A stretch of DNA of 64,000 nucleotides from the human T2T-CHM13v2.0 reference genome, Homo sapiens. Under the pieces are notes generated by a model that ran no database searches, was not told the origin of the DNA, and saw only the letters and a list, made by a program, of their open reading frames with translations. The stretch is from the NCBI RefSeq assembly GCF_009914755.1, contig NC_060945.1; one strand, written 5' to 3'. Positions 13,020 through 27,339 of the stretch are shown here, in pieces (the stretch's first letter is position 1; each line of letters opens with the position of its first letter). A program made the translations under genes and the position numbers.

Positions 13020-13504
13020 TACTGTGGAATATTTTTAACATACTTTTGTGCCAATTAAATTAAAGTGTCTCTGTATCAATTGTAGTGATGTATTTCTTCA
13101 TCTAAAAATAGTTTTATAATTCAGAAATTACACAAAGATTAATATGGAAAAATTTCCCCCTGAGATGGTTAGTTTACACAAATTACACTTGAACAGTATT
13201 TTCGGGTTTAAGTTGCCCCATCATAGTCCTCTGGGGGAAGAACCTAGAACTTCTCAAAACAAGGCTGAGCTGAATTCTCTCTGAACAGGAATTCAGCAGC
13301 TCTGGTTCATGCTGGCATCTAGTGGTGTGTGCACATACATTTAGATTAGGAAATCTGGTGCATATTTTTAACAATTAAGATAGATTCTTAACTCTCCACT
13401 GAGTTTGTCTCTTATTGACCCAGATGACAGAAAACAGACAACAGGGGTCTCACCTGAGACTTGTTTGGCAGAACACCAGTTCTGTGGGATATGATGAGGG
13501 GTGT

Positions 13505-13677
13505 CAGGAACAGCTACAAAGCTTGAAGGACTCGCCAAGTGAAACTAGGCCGCCCTCGTTAAAAAATGGTTAAGAATTTCAAGACGAAAACAGCAGCGCA
13601 TTAAGTCAAGCACTGGGTCCTTCTAAGAGCACAGTCTTTTGGGATGATAGAGTTCCTGCATGCATGAAGCCAGCTTG
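13505..13677 (-). mobile_element. MER45A (hAT-Tip100) MITE
   Basis: TTAAGAATTTCAAGACGAAAACAGCAGCGCATTAA...CATGAAGCCAGCTTG matches the recalled reverse consensus. Confidence 0.75.
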
Positions 13678-14224
13678 GAAGCCTGTTTCTTGCTGAAACA
13701 ATTTATAGAATTTAGATTTTATTACCTCAGTACCCTCCAGGGTGTTTAATAAGTTATTGTAAATTTTGGGTTTCTGGGAAGGGCATATACTGTTTTCCAA
13801 AAGGATTTGGTTCTGCATGTGAGTTATGGCCTCTTTTTGGGAAATAGTGTGTTACACTTACTGCAGATATGCCACATACCTATAATCAGATGTGGTGGCT
13901 GAAAACACAGGAAGTAGATTACATTTGGCTGAAAAGGTAGGAATTCACTTTCAGGATTCCTGAAAAGGATCAAAATCAGGAATGTGAAATTAAATGATTA
14001 TTTTGATGGATGACCTACAGGCGGCTTTCTTCAGAAGGGGTGTAGACAGGCTCTGTGACATGTTCACTGTTTGGGTCACATTCAGGACCATTTTCAAGCA
14101 AGGGGAGACTTGCTGTGGGAATTGCCACTCTAAGAATCACAAGGGGGATTCAAGAAACTAAGCTCGGGGCTCCACCAAGGTGTCCACAGAGTCACAGAGG
14201 CAATACTACTACTAATAATAGTAA

Positions 14225-14765
<541 letters not shown>

Positions 14766-15169
14766 CTCAGATTTGGCTTGCAGCAATGTTCATCTCATAG
14801 CCTCACAGGTCTCAGTCTGACCCTATGTCCTACCCTGTATTGACCTTGAAGCTGCCTTCTTGCTCGCCACCAGGTGTATGCTGACACCAACACCTGATTA
14901 AAATGAAGTTTCTGGCAGTAGCAGCAGACCCAGGACCAGGAGTCTGGGGACACAGCATCGAGTCTGTATTCTGCCATAGACTGTGTGACCTTGAGGATGC
15001 CACTTGTCATTGAGCTTAAAATGAAGGAGATGAGATAATTTTTGAGACCCTTTTCAACCCTAAGATCTGGTATCCTAATTTAATGATCACACTCAATAAA
15101 ATAGAGCTTGTGATATTGTCCAAAGTAAAACAATTCTAGAATATAAACTCCATAGATGCAACGATCATG

Positions 15170-15265
15170 TGTTATGTTAATCTTGGTATCTTGGAGGTCT
15201 AGAACAGTTCCTGATATACAGTAGGCTTTCAAACAATGATTGGGTTGATGAATGAATGAATGAGT
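15170..15265 (+). mobile_element. L2 3' end
   Basis: CTAGAACAGTTCCTGATATACAGTAGGCTTTCAAAC...TGAATGAATGAATGA. Confidence 0.7.
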
Positions 15266-15889
15266 GGTAAGTGAAGGAGTTAAATAAATGAGAAAGTGCA
15301 ATAATCCGACATAAAGCAAATGAACATTATACACTTTTGTAAGCCTCACAAACCATGGCACCAAATTGAATCTTGCAATCATAGCACGGCCTTGGCCAAC
15401 CTCAAGGTCCAAGGTCTCATCAACATTTAGTTGTTGGACCTATCATTGCTGGTAATAGGCACACAGTGTCTCTGAGTAAAAGCTACCATGTTGGCCCGAG
15501 AAAAAGCTTTCTTTTGATGCTAACAACATAAGGAATGAGGACTGATTGAGATAATTTATTTTTGCTCTCCAAAATGAGGGTGTCTTCTGGCACCTTTTGA
15601 AAAACAGCAGACCTTTCATCTCTCACGAGGCACTGTAACATACATGCTGAGAGCTTGGTTCCTGGAGTTGGATTCACAGATTTCACCCCTACACACTCTA
15701 GGGGATGCCAAGCACACTGCCAATATCGACATCTTAGATTTATAAATTTTACAATTTTTTTTTTCTGGAAGGTAGCCATAGAGTGGCATGTTCTTAAAAA
15801 ACCAGTATATTTCAATAATTTTTCAGCAGATGAAAGTGAGGTATCATAAAGTAGAAGTACCCTTTTCTATTGCACCATTGTCATAGGTG

Positions 15890-16098
15890 CAAGCAACATC
15901 CCTGTTTACCACCCATTAGCTGTGCATATTTAGGCAAATTGCTGAACCTCTCTGGGTCCTAGTTTACTCATTTCCAAAATGGGAATATTAATATTACCTC
16001 CTGTATCATGGAGCTGTTGTGAGGATTAAGGGAGAAACTAGACACAAAACAGCTATGATAGGTCTTGCAAATAGTACTCAATAAATTAGTTAATATTA
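15890..16098 (+). mobile_element. MIR
   Basis: GGCAAATTGCTGAACCTCTCTGGG...CAAAATGGGAATATTAATA...GTTGTGAGGATTAA. Confidence 0.8.
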
Positions 16099-16449
16099 GT
16101 TCCACAACATATACACAGGCAAAACAGAATCAGAACTTAAATCACTTTTAAAAGATCCCTGTGCAAAAATGTTATTCCAGTGCAGATCAGGCCTGGATCC
16201 CACTGTTCAGTTATTAATACAGTGGAACTGGAGTGAAGTCAGAAAGTCAAGTTAAAGGTAGAACAGATTTAAGTGAAACATAGTTCTATAAAGGTAGGAC
16301 TAGCAACACTTCAGATGTTTGAACAGAAAGAATTCAGCACTGAGTACTTAGGAAGCATGTATTCGGAACCTCAGACAGAAGTGGCTGAGATCTGAGTCCC
16401 ATGCACACATTGGAGCTGCCTAGCCATGCTAAAGCCCAATGCTTCCTTC

Positions 16450-16801
16450 TGTATTAGTCTGCTTTTACAATGCTGATAAAGACATACTCAAGACTGGGAA
16501 GAAAAAGAGATTTAATTTACTCACAGTTCCACGTGGCTGGGGAGCCCTCACAGTTATGATGGCAGGCAAGGAGGAGCAAGTCATGTCTTACATGGATGGC
16601 AGCAGGCAAAGAGAGCTTGTGCAGGGAAACACCCCCTTACAAAACCATCAGATCTCATGAGACTTATTCACTATCACAAGATCACGAGAACAGCATGGAA
16701 AAGACCTGCCCCCATAATTAAATTACCTCCCACCAGGTCCCTCCCACAACACATGGGAATTCAAGATGAAATTTGGGTGTGAATATAGCCAAACCATATC
16801 A
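16450..16801 (-). mobile_element. THE1B-type MaLR solo LTR
   Basis: TGTATTAGTC...GCTGATAAAGACATAC...CCAAACCATATCA with perfect 5-bp TSD CCTTC. Confidence 0.95.
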
Positions 16802-17066
16802 CCTTCTGGACCCCTTCCCAATGCTCTGTGCCTCAGTCCAAATCAGGGAGGATCAATGTCCTCAACAATTTACAGTATTTACAAAAAAGTATTTTGTGAC
16901 TGTAAAGCAACCTGGGGTCTTCTGAATGAGTTGTAGGAACATGTATCTGCACATTAATGATGTCAGTGGCCATGGTGAGATAGCATTTGGGTGATCAGCA
17001 TCCATGATGCTAGCCCTTTGAACATCTGACTCATTGTTCAACCTAGTGGCAGTTCTCCAGAGAGAC

Positions 17067-17468
17067 ACATGGAAGGAGACAGTATAGAAGAAGGGTAATC
17101 ACAAATGTTAAAGGCTCCAAAGTCCAAAGGCTCAGGCCTGAGTCTTGGCTGTGTGTGACACTGAGCAACACAGCCTCAGGGCTACCCCATATGGCAGGAC
17201 CTATACCACATGAGGTTGCTGAGTGGATGGAATGAGTTGACATGTGGAAACTGAACAGCACTTACAGACACGGAAAGAGACAGTATAGAAGAAGGGTAAT
17301 CACAAATGTTAAAGACTCCGAAGTCCAAAGGCCCAGGTCTGAGTCTTGGCTGTGTGTGACACTGAGCAACGTAGCCTCAGGGCTACCCCATATGACAGGA
17401 CCTATACCACATGAGGTTGCTGAGTGGATGGAATGAGTTGACATATGTAAATTGAACAGCACTTACAG
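17067..17468. repeat. Tandem duplication, 2 x 201 bp, of a degenerate MIR-like segment
   Basis: CAGTATAGAAGAAGGG at 17080 and 17281. About 12 substitutions by eye (~94% identity). Confidence 0.95.
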
Positions 17469-18189
17469 TGTGTATTAGCTAGTCCTATTATTAATACAGT
17501 TATCATCAATGTTATTAGAATGGACCACCTGGAGCTTTGAGGACACTCTCTTAATGGACTTCAGGCAAGTTCGGGGTCTGCACTGGATGCAGGCTATGGG
17601 ACCTATTCAGCCCTTCTTTCCCCCAACCCCAAGCTTACTCAGTTGGATCTTCAGTTTCTACTAGTCTGTGGACAAGAAATGGTAAACCCTGAGGCAAACA
17701 CATAGGAATATGAAGGAAAAGGGAGTGTCTGTCTCTGAGTGCCAAGTAGACCAGATCTAGACCCTAGAGCCCAGGTTCCAAGAAGGAGGAAGTGCCAGGA
17801 CCATCTTTCTTGAGAGCCGACCAAGGAAGACATGACCCAAGAAGACAGAGCCTTGTTGTTTATTTAGCCCCCTGAAATTCACCCCTCAACCCCATCCTGT
17901 AGTCTTCTTGTAAGTCTTTCCCTTGGTCTAGCTCCCTGGAGGCCGAATAAGCATAGAGTGTTGACCATGTGTGAGTTGTCATGTGCCTCTAACAAGCAGG
18001 ATTATTCATTGTGACTTAGTTATCCAAGATATAGATATTTACCATCATTCTCTTCAGTTTTGTTTTGGTACCAAAGACAATAGATGCTAAATATTCCACA
18101 ATATGAGAAGGATTAACAAGGCAGATCCCTCACCATAAATTTATGAAACCATTCACCCTTCAAATTGGCTACCTCTCTCCTACTTCTTC

Positions 18190-18640
18190 TAAGCATCCTT
18201 TTGCCAAAATCATCAATGAACTTCTGGTTCCAAACATAGATCATTTCCTTCTCTTGTCTAAAAGATACTCAAACTTTAGGATAAAATTTAAACCCTTGAC
18301 CTGCCCTACCAAGCCCTGGATGAACCCCAGACTTATTTCTCTGGTTCCTTCTTAGCTCACTGGGCTTCTGTGCATGCATCTTTTCCCATCTACTCGCTGA
18401 CCAATGCCCTCTGCTCAGGATCCTTGTGCCATGGGACCCCATGATGGAATCATTTCTGAGTTTGTTGGCAACTCATCTCCATTTCCTCCTCATGCTTCTA
18501 TTCTTCCACTGCTCTTTTTCATTGCACACTGTTTATTTTGCTTTCAGAATATTTCTTACTATTTGTAAGAAATCCACTTGTTTGTTTACTTAACTAATGT
18601 TTATCTTCTCTTCTAGATTATAGATCCAGAGGGTAGAGGT
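18190..18640 (+). mobile_element. L2 fragments
   Basis: CTTTAGGATAAAATTTAAACCCTTGACCTG.. and TCTTCTAGATTATAGATCCAGAGGGTAGAG resemble the L2 3' region. Confidence 0.5.
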
Positions 18641-18664
18641 TATGAAGACAACCAAACAATTACA

Positions 18665-19050
18665 ACTTCATCCAAGGGGGTATATTGAAAGAATCCGAGC
18701 ATATTTGCTGAAAGAATGAGTTGCCCTAAAAATGTTTCTTAGTACAGAAAGTAATTCATCATATATTGTTGAATCAAAGAGTACATTATAAAATGTTAGG
18801 CACTGCACAATCCTGTTTAAGTTTATATATGTAAAATATCTGTGTATATAACTTATATATACATTTACATGCATATGTGTAGAGAGAAGTCTGGATGTTG
18901 AGGTCAAAATGGTCACAGTATCCATCTTAGCATGGTGACATCAGAGTGATTTTATTTTTTTAAATTTACTAGTTTTTTAAATTTAAATATTTTTAAATTT
19001 AATTTTTTTATATTTAAAAGGTATCTGCTACCTTTTAATAATAAACATGT
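18665..19050 (+). mobile_element. Old L1ME/MC 3' UTR fragment
   Basis: A-rich segment with GAGAAGTCTGGATG...AAAATGGTCACAGT...GTGATTTTATTTT. Confidence 0.5.
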
Positions 19051-19088
19051 ACTACCAATGTATTCAATAATTTATAAAAAGAATATGA

Positions 19089-19408
<320 letters not shown>

Positions 19409-20786
19409 GAGTTAATTTTTTATTAATGTTTAGACTCTCCAACTGGAACATGCCCCCTTAATGAAGGAAATAATACAGGATACATCTGTGAACCTTGTCT
19501 CTCTTCCCCGGTACATGTGTTCATGTGTATGCATGTGTGGATGGACATGAAACAAAAGCATACAAAATAGCAGAGGAGAGAGTATAACTCTTCTTGTTAT
19601 AAAGTATTAGATGATAAGTTCCCGAGATGCAGAAATCACCACTACAGATTTCTTAGTTATTTCCTTTGTTATGTTTGCTCTCACACCTGTGGATCATATC
19701 GTGTTGATAAAAATCTATATTAGTGACAGGAAGGCTATGTGGATCTTCTGAGTATTGGCTAATTTATGTAATTCGCTTAATCAATTTCTTTTACCAGCAT
19801 GAAATGCTAACTCATTCCAAAATAGAAATCTTAAACAAGGTTTTAATTAACATTTGTATTGCTATGGGCATGTATCTGCATAATGTACCCTACTTGGTAG
19901 ATCCATTTATGCTGCAGTAGAGTGTCAATAAAGACGTTGAAATCCTTCTTTATTTCGGTAGTATTTTGTATCTCACAAAACTGTAACATCTCTTAATTAA
20001 AGAGAATGTTCATATGGCTTCATTGTGAGTTAAAGAGTTGAAGCTGCAGATGGATTACAGGATTCCATTCATGGTGGTCTGTGTTCCCGTCTGTGTTCCT
20101 GCTGGGGAAGCCAGGTTTCCACAGTCCTACTCCTCATGACTAGGTTATTTCATGATCAAAATAAAATCTAGGTTTATATCATCACTTGTTATGTCCAATA
20201 TGAGTTCAACATTATTTTTAAATAGTAAATTCACATTAGTAATCTATGAGTTTTCATTTGGTCAATATAATTTCACTGGTGAAATTTTTAAAAAAGTAAA
20301 GGAAAGGTAATGTCCTCATAACAAACACTAGCAGATGTAAGATGGGTCCTATTTTCTCTGCTTTACATCATTCCTACAGTTGTAGTGATTACAAGTGACA
20401 TGAAATGAAATATTTTAAAGTTTTAATTATTCTACCAGATTTACAGCAGCTCTACATCATATTTGTATTCCTATCCACTTTACAAAGTTGACAAACAGGC
20501 ATTTATGTCAAGCTTTCTGGCTGTGAACTTAGTATTTTCACCAATAATTTAGAAGAAAGTAAGTGAAGAAAAACACTTAAATAACCTAATCTTGTGCAAA
20601 ATGGGGATTTCCTTAAGACAAGGAATAAGGTGCAATAATAGAGGAAAAACTGCTGCTTTTACTTTTCTTTCCCTCCTTGTCTTTCCAGCATTAATAGGGG
20701 CTACTTTCCTTTCTCAACTTTGAAATATTCTAAAACATGTTCAAGAGAGGATTCATAACTAAAACTGGAGACTCAGGATACTAGAT

Positions 20787-21198
20787 TGTGGCCAATCTAT
20801 CATTTTTCCCACTGTTTGCCATTCCCTGAGGGTATGAGGTGTACACTTGTCAGGGCTGTTGACTTTAGAGTCCGACATGTAACTGGCAGCCAAGGTCGTG
20901 ATAGCAGAATGTCTGGAACAGAGGTTTTAAATGTTTTTGTGTGGCTTGGCTTGTCTCTGACACTGCTGTGATCTGCCTGAGAAGAGAAAACCCCACATAC
21001 TTACTAGCATAAGGGAGAGGAGAATCAAGTAGGGCCAATCTGGACCAATCTGGTACCTGGAGGCAAGTCCAACCTAAACCGGTTGAGCATAGCCAATATC
21101 CAGCCACCTGGAGCACCCATGAGCAAGAGAGAGAGATGCTTTTAGATTCAGGGGCTATTTGTTACACTGCATTATTGCAGTAATGGCTGACTAATACA
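20787..21198 (+). mobile_element. Old MaLR LTR (MLT1I/J-like)
   Basis: 3' end ATTTGTTACACTGCATTATTGCAGTAATGGCTGACTAATACA. Confidence 0.7.
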
Positions 21199-21557
21199 TA
21201 TTCTATTTTTAAAAACTGGGGCATAGCATAAAATATTTACAAAATGAATAAGAACTGATACAATTATCTGGGCCTGATCCTCTTATCTGGTAGATGAGAA
21301 CACTGAGGCCCATGATGTTGTAACTTGCTCCAAAGTAGAGAAGGGAATAGGATCAAGGTCTTCTGATGCTCAGTGACTGTTCACACTGAACAATGGCAGA
21401 TTACATATGATGGTGGGATTTGTAATGTACCCTGGATGATGCTGTCTACCTCCATTCCCTACATGTGCCTCACTCACTGTCCATCCCACATTCTTCCTTC
21501 CTGCTTCAAAGCTTCTCTATCACTGACCTACGCTTGCCCTACATTGTCTATGTTTTC

Positions 21558-21878
21558 TGTTTAGTCCATTTGGGCTGCTATAACAAAATATGGTTCTGGA
21601 GCCTGGGGAATCTAAGAATAAGGCCCCAGGAGATTCTGTGTCTGGTGAGGGCATATTCTGTGCTTCCAGGATGGTACTTTCTCTCTGTATCCTCACATGG
21701 TGGAAGAGACAAGGCAGCCCCTTCAACATCTGTTATGAGAGCACTAATCCCATTCATGAGAGTGGAGTTCTCATGTCTTAATCACTTCCCAAAAGGCTCT
21801 ACCTCTTAATATTATCACATTGGGTATTAGGTTCCAACATATGAATTCTGGGGTGACACCAGCATTCAGATCACAGCA
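21558..21878 (-). mobile_element. MLT1A-type MaLR LTR with internal deletion
   Basis: TTAGTCCATTTGGGCTGCTATAACAAAAT...GCACTAATCCCATTCATGAG...CATTCAGATCACAGCA. Confidence 0.85.
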
Positions 21879-24697
21879 CCTCAGAAGCTTTAATTGCGTG
21901 CTGGCCTCTGGGCTGTTAGGTGACTCAGTTCACTCTGGGATAATGCAACATTGGTTCTGTTCTGTTGGAGACTGGTGACTTAAGTGAGTCGTCTCTTTAA
22001 ATCACATTCTGTTTCCATGTGTTTGTTTTGTTATCCCAAATCACTTTCCAAATCTCAGATTGGCAGGAAATCCTAATTAAACCCTTTGGGGTATCTCAGC
22101 TATGAAGCCTGTAGTTGATCACGTGTTATCATTAGTCAGCTAATTTCATATGCCTCCCTTGCCCGTCATCACTTTCAGGTAAATAAGGGAGAACATAAAA
22201 TGAAACATCTGGCACACAAGGTCATAGATAAAATCTACTACCCTCAGAATGGCCTCTGAAAATCCAGTTAGGATTTAGAATTAAGGTTGGTTCTTTCCAG
22301 ATGCCAGTTAACTGAACCCTTGCTCTGAAGAATCCTCATCTCCTTCAGAAAACCTTCACTACATAGTAACTATGGAAATTTGCAACTAAGACTATATAAA
22401 ACATGCTTGATGTTTTTTGAAAGAGAAGCATATTCTTGTTTTCTCTAATGACTTGGATTTTACAGTTCACACTGAATGCAAATAATAAGACTCTATTACC
22501 TTCAATGCAAGGATCTTCAATTAGTCTAGGAAACTGGTTTCTGTATTAGAAAAATATGTGCATATCTGTTAAGATGAACACATGGCTTAATGAGGGATCA
22601 ACTTGCCTGTATATTAGAGTTTCAGTAAAATGCTCTTGGTTTTGGAAACAAAGGTTTAAGAGGATACGTTAGCTTTATATTCTTACGTGGGAACTTATTA
22701 CCTGACAGACATCAAGAAGTGATGTCAAGAATACCTAAAAGCTATTTAAGTTTAAATAGTAATTTAGGTTTATTAAAACCATATTAGTTATTTAGGTCTA
22801 ATACCACTGTTTACAGTGTTCCTGAAAGATTATTACATAGTCCAAATAATGGATACTGATGGTCATTGCATGCTGAAATGACCTGCTGGCTTGTCTGCTT
22901 GACTTTGTCATCAATCAAGGCAACTGTGGACTCTGCTAAGGCCATGTCATGTAATCCAATGGAAAGGTCCAGTCCTATGGCCACTGGGCACAAGGAATGT
23001 CAGCCCATCTTGGATGTTGTCAGTGGAAATCTTTACTGCATACAGTGCTTTGCTGGTCAGACCCCACTCAGTATCCTTCCAGTTTATCTTCCGTTAAGCA
23101 CCCAGGGCCCCCTCTGCAAAAAAGTGAAGGATCAACTGCATTAAGGAAGAGCGATTCCCAGTCAGTGTTTCTGTCAATATTAAAACCAGCAAAAAAGCAA
23201 ATGTGTTTAGTGTGTGGTTTACAATGGCCAGAACAGGCTCTGGCCAAGTCTCAAAGTGAATTTCATTTAAGAATCACTCTCAGCAACTCAGGTTTATGGC
23301 TCTCCCCTCAAAGGAAATAATTCTACTGACTACCATTAAATAAACATATCTGTTTTCAACTTAAAGTAGAGCAACCACATGTTCCCTAAGAAATCTAGAA
23401 GTCTTTTATTGGAAATAGTACTTAAGAATGAAAATATAAATCCCTATGACTTTCAAAGTCCTGTTGGGGAAATACTAATGACAGGGCCAGCCCCAAATGC
23501 AGCAAAGATGACAAGGTACACTCACAAATAGAGACAGGATTGAGTGATGCTGAAGACCCCAATGTCTCCTCTACTGATGAGGTAGCCTGTCTGCCAAGGT
23601 GCCCTCCCGCTTGGTCACCTCCTTGTGTTCCTGTGCTGTGCTTATTCTGTCATGCTCTGGCAGAGATGGTGTGGGATGCAGATGAGATCCCTTCCCTAGC
23701 AGCACAGGGGTCACTGTAGGGAACCCACCAATGAACATTTCTTCCTCAGGGTGGAGGATTTACTAATCAGGCTAAGGTTGGGCATGTAGGTGAATGAAAC
23801 TCGACTCCTTACAGTCTCATACCCAAGCATGGGCTGCATCATGGAAGGTGGAGATTGCTGCATTACCATCACAAAACCTAACACTGACAATTTCCTTCTA
23901 AAAGTCCCATGACTCATTTTGGTTGTAAAAGGTCTAGGATAAGTAAAGACCACGAACAAACTAAAATGTACTTATTGTATTTTTCACAAACCTCTGAAAT
24001 ATTTATTCTTTTCTGGGTACCATTACTGTTCGTGTGCTTTATGGTTTGACAACAATGAACCACCTCTATCCAAGGCTATAGTGTGTAAGAGTAACCTATG
24101 ATCACAAAACATTACTCAAATTAGGAAAAAAAGTATTTCAGACATTCCAGACCCAATGGAAAGACTGATTCTAATTTACACAGCGAAATGCTATGGCAAA
24201 CTTTCCTTTTCTTGGTTTTTCTAATAAAAAAACACATTCATCATGCAACATAACTCCTTACTGTGGTTATGGCAACTCTGAATACAATACATTTGTACTT
24301 TCAGCAACAATAATCATTTTGAAAGAATAAGCACATTTCTGTTGGTGGTGAATGACATTAATTTTTTTCTCCTAAATCAGACAGCTTATCTGTGGTAGGT
24401 GTTCCACAAAATATAGCAGCATAACGAGGAGGAGCGTGATGCTTATATCGATCAACTTCAAACCTACTTGGAATTTTTAAGTTCTATTTTTATGTGATTG
24501 CTCTATTCTTCAAGACCAATTTACTTTGCTAAAGGGCATTTTTGATCAATTAGATATTTATTTCTACAGTTGTTATAATATTAGCCTAATAAAATTAAGC
24601 ATTTCTTGTACATGTTGAATAAAATTCAATATAAAGGCTAACTTCCCTCAATAGGTCAACATGGAAATCAACTGTGTTTTATAGTCTGTTTATTGTG

Positions 24698-25305
24698 TGT
24701 GATGATTTTGTGTGTGTCAACTTGACTGGCTAAGGGATGCCCAGATAGCTGGTGAAACATTAATTCTGGATGTGTCTGTGAAGCGAGGATGTTTTTGGAA
24801 GAAATCAGCATTTAAATCAGTAGGCTGAGTAAACAAGATGGCCCTCAGCAACGTAGGCACACACCATCCAATCCAATGAAGGCCCAAATAGAACAAAAAC
24901 ATAGAGGAAGGGTGAGTTCATTCTCTCTTCTTGAGCTAGAACATCTGTCTCCTCCTGCAATGGACATCGCAGCTCCTGGTTCTCTGACATTTGGACTCTA
25001 GGACTTACACTAGTGGCCCCCCAGTTCTCAAGCACTGGAACTTGGACTGGGAATTATACCACTGGGTCCCCTGGTTCTCAAATCTTGAGACTCAGGCTGA
25101 CTCGCACCACCAGCTTTCCTGGTTCAGCTTGTAGGGAAATGATCATGGGACTGCTTGACCTTCCTAATAAATAATAATCAATCTATTTATCTATAATAAA
25201 TCAATAATAAATCAATAATATTTATCATAATAAATCAATCTATTTATCTATCTACTTTATCTAATCTTCTACTGGCTCTCTGATTTCTCTGGAGTACTTT
25301 AATGT
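24698..25305 (+). mobile_element. MLT2B-type (ERVL) solo LTR
   Basis: GTGTCAACTTGACTGGCTAAGGGATGCCCAGATAGCTGGTGAAACATT...AATAGAACAAAAA. Confidence 0.85.
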
Positions 25306-25427
25306 ATGCTGCAAACAAAATCTATTTCTTTTGTTTTTAGGAGTATATTCTCACAAAATCAATTCAAAAATATAATTATGAGAGTTTTGTCTCTGGATGG
25401 AGGGTGAAAAGGCTAAATCTTGTTCAT

Positions 25428-25938
25428 ATTTATTTTGTTTTCTTGTTGCTGCTATAACAAACTGCCACAAACTTAGTGGTTTAAAACAACACACATTTAT
25501 TTATATCTTATACTTTTGGTGGTTAGGAGTTGAACTTGAGTCTCACTGAACTAAATGAAGGTGGGCAGGACTGCATTTATACAGAAGCCTCTGAAGAGAA
25601 AATTATTATTATTATTCCTTTTCCAGCTTTCAGAGGCTGCCGAAATTTCTTGGCTTGTGGCCCTTTTCCCCATCTTCAAGTTCAGCACCATAGACTCTCT
25701 CCGGCCATCTTCTGTAGTCACGCCTCCCTCTGACTATGTCTGAAAAAGGTCTTCTGCCTTTAAGGATGCATATGATTAGTTTGGGCCCACCTGGATAATA
25801 GAGGATAAACTCTCTACCTCAAGGTCATTTAACTGCAGCTGCACCCTTACTTCCCTTTTCCCATGGAATGTAACATAACACAAGTTTTGGGAATTAGGAT
25901 GTTAGGCATCTTTGGTGGGGGAGCATCATTCTATCACA
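25428..25938 (-). mobile_element. MLT1D/E-type MaLR LTR
   Basis: GCTGCTATAACAAACTGCCACAAACTTAGTGGTTTAAAACAACAC...GGGCCCACCTGGATAAT. Confidence 0.85.
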
Positions 25939-27255
25939 ATATTTTTATATACATGACTATTTCTCAAGTATATTCCTCACCTGTAAGAGCTGTACATCCC
26001 ACAATGTGAAATTGTAAATGCATGACACTAATCCGTATCCTTGTATTCTCAGAAATGAAAGATGAAAAGAAAACATCCAGTTATTACATTCACTTTTTAG
26101 AAATCAAAATAAACTTGTACCTCCCACAGATGTTGATGTGTGACCAAAAAAGTGATTTCAGGAGTCATCTATGATGTATTGTCTAATGCTATATTCTAAA
26201 CAGTAATCAAGCAGTTATTTTAAAAGCTAGTTCTGCTGCATCATATGACTTATGCCTGTGTTCTTCTGGTGGCAGTTTTTGTTGAAGATAAAAGCATGAA
26301 AACATTGAGCCAAGGTAATCAGAAGAGCTAACATCTATATATCTTTTTTACTTCTAAACTTCTTCAGTTTCTTTGATGAAACAGTCTTAAATTTCTTAAT
26401 AAAGATTAGGCATACTGTACCTCATAGGAATTTTCACAATTACATTAATATATTTGATTTAAGCCTATTTTTAATTAATTCTATACATTATAATAGTTGA
26501 TGGCCAAATCCACAATACATAAGCCAATTAAAATATTTCTTCAAAGGCAGAAATAAAATTTAATATGTTACATTTGATTTTTTGTGTTTCTTTTAAGAAA
26601 GTTCTGCCTTGGGATACACAGGAGAAAAACTCAATGAAATGTTCAGTGACATTTCTCCATACACATCAACATAAATGTCAATATGCAGTGAAAAGTCTTA
26701 GAAAGCTATACAGGAAATGGTTAACAAGTTACTCTGGTACTCATTTAAAAAAAAATTTTCTTCACACCATGGCACAATAGCACCTTTATAAACCAAACCA
26801 AACAACGTAACATAAAATAATACATCTGAAGATTCCTGCTTGCTTTGATACTGGGAAAACCAGCAGAACAAATCACTTTTAGTTTGCTGAAGAGGCCGTC
26901 AAGTACAGATTTTTAAAATGTTCTAGTCCTGGCTGACACTTGAAAATAGATCCCACATGTTTTTGATGTACCACTGTTTGCCTTCAAATTCTGGCCACAA
27001 TCTTATTAATTCATTCACAACTACATGAAACTCAGCACTTTGCTTTCAGTAATGAAAAAAAATGTTATTTACCCAGAAACACAAGCTTGATGGCCTTGGA
27101 AAAAAATATTTACAGGGATAAAGCCCTTGATTTAGGATTCATGGACAATGACTTCAGAACATTTGATGAATTGCCCATATTCACAGCCTACAACATAGGT
27201 TTTAATTCAGAAATAAAATTTGCTTGCAAATGTTTGAGATTTTTATCTTTCATAG

Positions 27256-27339
27256 GCATGAAGTTTATCTAAGCCATCAGGGCTCACAGGGTCTATGTTA
27301 CATATGATTGTTATTGAATATACTGAGACTTTATCAAAG
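27256..27339 (+). other. Candidate 84-nt non-coding internal exon
   Basis: Acceptor TTTTATCTTTCATAG|G and consensus donor AAG|GTAAGT. Stop codons in all three frames. Confidence 0.3.
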
